NCBI GenBank assembly: GCA_016840465.1
Contig: JAEOSH010000076.1
Span: 1 to 6,231, forward strand
Origin: Candidatus Baldrarchaeum yapensis
GTDB taxonomy: Archaea > Asgardarchaeota > Baldrarchaeia > Baldrarchaeales > Baldrarchaeaceae
Length of the DNA stretch: 6,231 nt
Reading direction: 5' to 3'
Each line of letters opens with the position of its first letter. Within the stretch, counting starts at the first letter, position 1. Below the pieces are notes generated by a model. The model was not told the DNA's origin and did no database searches. It saw nothing but the letters and a program-made list of their open reading frames with translations. The position numbers and the translations under genes were made by a program. Shown in pieces: positions 5,720 to 6,231 of the stretch.

Positions 5720-5980
5720 CCTTAAGCATTTCGGGGTTCGACGGATGTCCGCATTGGTGAGCGCACATCCGCCTTGGGGCGTATCACCCTTCTGAGCTCG
5801 TCCCTTTCGGGGTAACCCCCGAGCTCCCACATCCGAAGGTTCAGAACCGCCACCGACGTCCCTATCCAGGATCTGCCCGCTAGGCCGCCATGCGGCCGGA
5901 GCAGAGTGGGCAGGTCCTTGAGGAGTTTCTGGAGTCCACGTATCTCACTGGTAGGGTACTGAAGCAGTTTTCGGTTTAAG
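5720..5980 (-). mobile_element. tnpB: IS200/IS605-family tnpB pseudogene, 3' part with omegaRNA-like structured tail
   Basis: Minus-strand pieces: LNRKL (5979-5965), LPVRYVDSRNSSRTCPLCSGRMAA* (5954-5880), ILDRDV (5872-5855), then a 1-nt shift to VAVLNLRMW (5853-5827). This is the TnpB 'YVxPxxSSxxCPxC...DRDxxAxxNL' zinc-finger/RuvC-III end, with the second CxxC deleted. It is followed by hairpins GAGCTCG/CGAGCTC (5794-5826) and CGGATGT/ACATCCG (5742-5771). Confidence 0.8.
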
Positions 5981-6041
5981 TAATTTTCAGGTATTTTCGG
6001 AGGCTGTTTCATAAATAAATTCAACATAAACACTCATGGCT

Positions 6042-6113
6042 AGGCATCGGCCCGGGGGCATCGGTCGCTGGTCCGAACGTCGCTGTCCGTCTCTGCCCCC
6101 CGGGCCTCATCCT
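6042..6113 (-). other. Strong GC hairpin with AUGA/GA (K-turn-like) base
   Basis: Arms are ggcccgggggca (6049-6060) and tgccccccgggcc (6094-6106), giving 12 bp with one bulge. The minus-strand RNA reads AGG-AUGA-[stem]...[stem]-GAUG-CCU. The 33-nt loop holds a near-tandem repeat gtcgctg(g)tccg (6064-6075, 6079-6089). Confidence 0.6.
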
Positions 6114-6120
6114 TTCCGCA

Positions 6121-6231
6121 TCACACGCACGTCTTTCCGGTGGCGATCCGCTCCACGTTCAGCGCAAGCGACAGCCACTTCACGAAGGCGTCTGCACTCT
6201 CCACGAGCGCATACCTCAACGACCTCTTGAG
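6121..6231 (-). CDS. Possible 3' end of an unidentified gene entering from the right edge
   Basis: The minus frame is open from the edge: LKRSLRYALVESADAFVKWLSLALNVERIATGKTCV then TGA at 6123-6121. The composition is protein-like, but the family is not recognised and a second minus frame is also open here. Confidence 0.35.
   Translation of the reverse strand, partial: LKRSLRYALVESADAFVKWLSLALNVERIATGKTCV

Noticed and set aside
5340-6230. ORFs 5340-5642, 5612-5830, 5722-6033 and 6036-6230 as real genes
   Set aside because: They cross a terminator-like tract, IS debris or a hairpin. 5722-6033 and 5612-5830 only capture out-of-frame pieces of the tnpB relic.
1-6231. CRISPR array, rRNA, tRNA
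   Set aside because: There are no regularly spaced repeats and no rRNA or tRNA signatures on either strand.

Overview
Archaeal DNA, most likely from an Asgard archaeon. This is an inference from a Rab-like GTPase, an mtrH relic, TATA-type promoters and a GGTGA ribosome-binding site. There are three intact genes: a Rab-like small GTPase (313-870, -), a DUF362-family putative Fe-S protein (about 1400-2698, +) and an AMP-forming acyl-CoA ligase (about 3592-5343, +). Between and around them lies decayed sequence that the ORF track misses: an SDR N-terminal stub behind the GTPase, a four-times frameshifted ACT-domain gene, a fragmented mtrH-like methyltransferase, and an IS200/IS605 tnpB 3' remnant near 5720-5980. 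A second, more degenerate copy of the same tnpB 3' end / omegaRNA-like sequence sits at the left edge in the same orientation. At the right edge a 12-bp GC hairpin with an AUGA/GA (K-turn/SECIS-like) core lies 10 nt after an in-frame UGA in a C-V-stop-C-G context. Family assignments come from motif recognition by eye; no database search was run.
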